Shown in pieces: positions 61,750-64,000 of a stretch of DNA of 64,000 nt (position 1 is the first letter of the stretch; every line of letters begins with the position of its first letter). Origin of the DNA: Raillietiella orientalis. Taxonomy: Eukaryota. Under the pieces are notes generated by a model. That model searched no databases, was not told where the DNA came from, and saw nothing but the letters and a program-made list of their open reading frames with translations. The stretch covers positions 310,001-374,000 of the forward strand of contig JAYWIR010000066.1 in assembly GCA_036172245.1 (NCBI GenBank), given 5' to 3'. Position numbers and translations under genes: made by a program.

Positions 61750-62650
61750 CGGGCGAAACGAGCGAGCGTTTCGCAGGAGTTCGCGGGGGAAGGTCGCGTC
61801 GTGCGCTTTCCCGACGCCTCCAGGCGAGGCGCGCTGCTGCACGCCGTGCGCGGCGATGGCGCCTCGGGAAAACCCCGCCGGAGGGAAAGGGTGGGAGCGG
61901 TGAAGGGGCAGCGGACGGCCCCGGCCCGCACCCGGGGCAAACAGCCTTCTGGAAGAGGAGGAAAGGAGGGGGGCACCCTGCGAGCGGCCAAGCTCCGTCG
62001 TTAGGAACAGGGTTAAGGATCCGTGCTGCCGGGGCACAGCGGGGTCGCGAGCCTTTCCAGGGTCGCCGCCTCCCCCCCGCCGGCATTCCCAGCGCATCCA
62101 GAGTGGCGGGGTCCTTCCCTGGCAGTAGGAGGAGCCTCGGGCAACCTACCGGGAGCGTCGCCTACACTGCAGCCAGGCGCGCGTCGCCGGACCCCCGTTC
62201 AGAGGTCCGGGACTGCCGTAGGGCAGGGGTCACGGGGATTCTCCCTTCCATCTTCCTCCTCGCGAAGTGCCGACTCCGGCGAGCGTTCGAGAGAGAGCTC
62301 TCCCAGGGGAAGGTGCTTCCAGGGGCTTCGTGGGGACGGGATCACATCCGGGATTGAACCCTTAGTCTTCCTGTCGGACCAGGCCGTCCCTGGCGTAAGG
62401 GTTTCGCCCCGGGCTCGAAACCGGCGGCTCGTGCCGTCGCCTCCCGGCGACCCGGCCTCGTGGGTGTGTGGCTCGGACACGTCCGGGGGTCCGAGCCGAC
62501 TGCAGGCCCAGGGCATCTCCCGGCAGCCCTGGGCACCTCGCTCCGCAGGCTTACTGAGCCGCCTCCGGCAACGTCCGGCAGATGGGGGAGGCGCGGGTGA
62601 CCCGGGAGAGCAGCGCGGGCCGCTCCACAGGGTGCAGCGAGAAGCGCGTG
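61750..62650 (-). mobile_element. LINE reverse-transcriptase relic
   Basis: RGETLTPG...RKTKG...PWKHLPLGEL (WRPISLLN-like), followed by FLLFQKAV (LDFEKAF-like, ~61950). Confidence 0.4.
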
Positions 62651-63079
62651 GACCCCGCGCACTTCCCTTCCCGCGCGCGCCGCCTTCTCGAGCGACGCGT
62701 GCGCTCACTCCGGCGGGCAGCGGCACGCGTGCCTCGGGACGACGAGGTCAGGTCGCGCCGGGCGTCTCTTCACGCCCGCCGCCGCCACCTTTCCCGACGT
62801 CGAGGGCAGCGGGACGTGCAGGGCACGCCTGGTAAAGCCGACGGAGGCGGACGGGCGCGCGCGCAGTCTGCGAGAATCTCCGGGCCGGCGGGCGGAATCG
62901 CCGCGGGGCGTCTTTCCGCCCCACGGGCGGGTCGCTGAGCGCGCTCCAGGGACTGTCGCAGGCCCGCCGCCACTCCGGGGTCGGGTCGGTGACCTCAGAC
63001 GGCACGGGACGACAAACACCTCCGCCCTTCTGGGAGCCACGCCACCCGTGGCACCAGCGAGCTGCCGCGAAGCTGTAGG

Positions 63080-63680
63080 CGATGCCGTTCGTCACGCGCG
63101 TGGAGCCAAGCCGGTCGCGGGTTCGAATCCCACCTGGGGGAAGGGATCGACTCCGGAGAAATGGGGAAGTGGAGGGGGGAGTTCATTGTGGGTTTTCGAG
63201 TCCCCTCCCTTCCCTCCCCTCCAGAATGATCTACATTCGGGAGCGGCTGGTGGGAACTGGATGACCTTCCGGGACTGGAAGTTGACCCTCCGGGAGGTCC
63301 TTCCATCGAGGGGGTCTGTTCCGGTCGAGAAAATGGGGCCGTTACCATGGAGCTGGTCGACATCCCCCTAGAGGGGCTGCCTTTCCAGAGCGCAAGAAAC
63401 GCTCCCGATTTCTCTTCAGGGAAATCTGGGAGCGCCCCTTCCGAGTTCTCTTCGGAGGAGGAAACGAGGGGCAGACTCTTTCCGGGGGGTCCCTCCGGAG
63501 AGTATGAAGAGTTCCCTCCGGGGTCCCTCCTTGAGTGTGAGAGAGGAACGAACGCCTTCCTGGATTCATGGGAGGTCGTCTCCCGGGGTCGTCCCCCCTG
63601 CAACTTGGAGGGTCAGCGTGCGCACCCTCGAGTGACGCGGGCGACGCCAAGGAGCCTCGCGATCCGCCCTTCGAAGAAGA
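63080..63680 (+). mobile_element. SINE-like family, copy 9, with tRNA-like head
   Basis: gtcgcgggttcgaatccc (~63114-63131), gccgttaccatggagctggtcga and ccagagcgcaagaaacgctc, the last identical to 12114-12132. Confidence 0.75.
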
Positions 63681-64000
63681 CGACCTCGGCACCGGGACGA
63701 CCCTCCCTGGAGCCACGCGCAGGTGCCGCGCGGTCCTGGCAGGATTGCCGGGTCGGCAGCGCCCGCGCCCGCCGCCATCCGCCCCGCTGCGGGCTCCGGC
63801 GGAGCGAGGGAGCGGGGAGGGGCGACCGGGGACCTCTGAAGCCTCGGAGGGGGAGGAGGAGGTCGCGCCTCGCCGCTGCCGGCCCCGGAAGGACTCCGGG
63901 AAGTCCGGCCGGAGCGTCGGGGTCCTCCGGGAGAATGCGCCGGCTGGCGCAAGCGAGCCGAGGGTGGGGGCCGCCCTCCACCCTGGAATTCTTCCCTTCC

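Noticed and set aside
11790..63140. B-box motifs as genuine tRNA genes
   Set aside because: No complete cloverleaf or acceptor stem could be built, and most lead into the shared SINE body.
1..64000. Numerous 200-480 aa Arg/Pro/Gly/Ala-rich ORFs in the track
   Set aside because: These are expected from stop-codon scarcity in high-GC DNA. They overlap in all frames and lack domains other than decayed LINE motifs.

Overview
This is GC- and CpG-rich animal genomic DNA, probably arthropod judging from the Optix-like Six3/6 protein. I find one well-supported host gene: a two-exon Six3/6 (optix) homeobox gene at 22764-23482 and 24415-24874. It lies in a roughly 10 kb zone with no recognisable transposons, which holds AT-richer clusters of homeodomain, CCAAT and RFX-like sites. 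One ~160 bp cis-module occurs twice upstream, and a His15-Gln9 uORF has its stop codon overlapping the start codon. The rest of the window is dominated by heavily decayed non-LTR retrotransposons. These comprise at least six copies of one L1/Tx1-like family (five share a 3' terminal motif and lack poly(A)), relics of RTE-, R1- and CR1-like LINEs, and about nine copies of a long tRNA-headed SINE-like family. There are also four 21-33 bp minisatellites and many microsatellites. No prokaryotic-type system is supported (no CRISPR array, operon or intact transposase). TE boundaries are approximate and were set by eye from degenerate protein motifs and copy-to-copy similarity.
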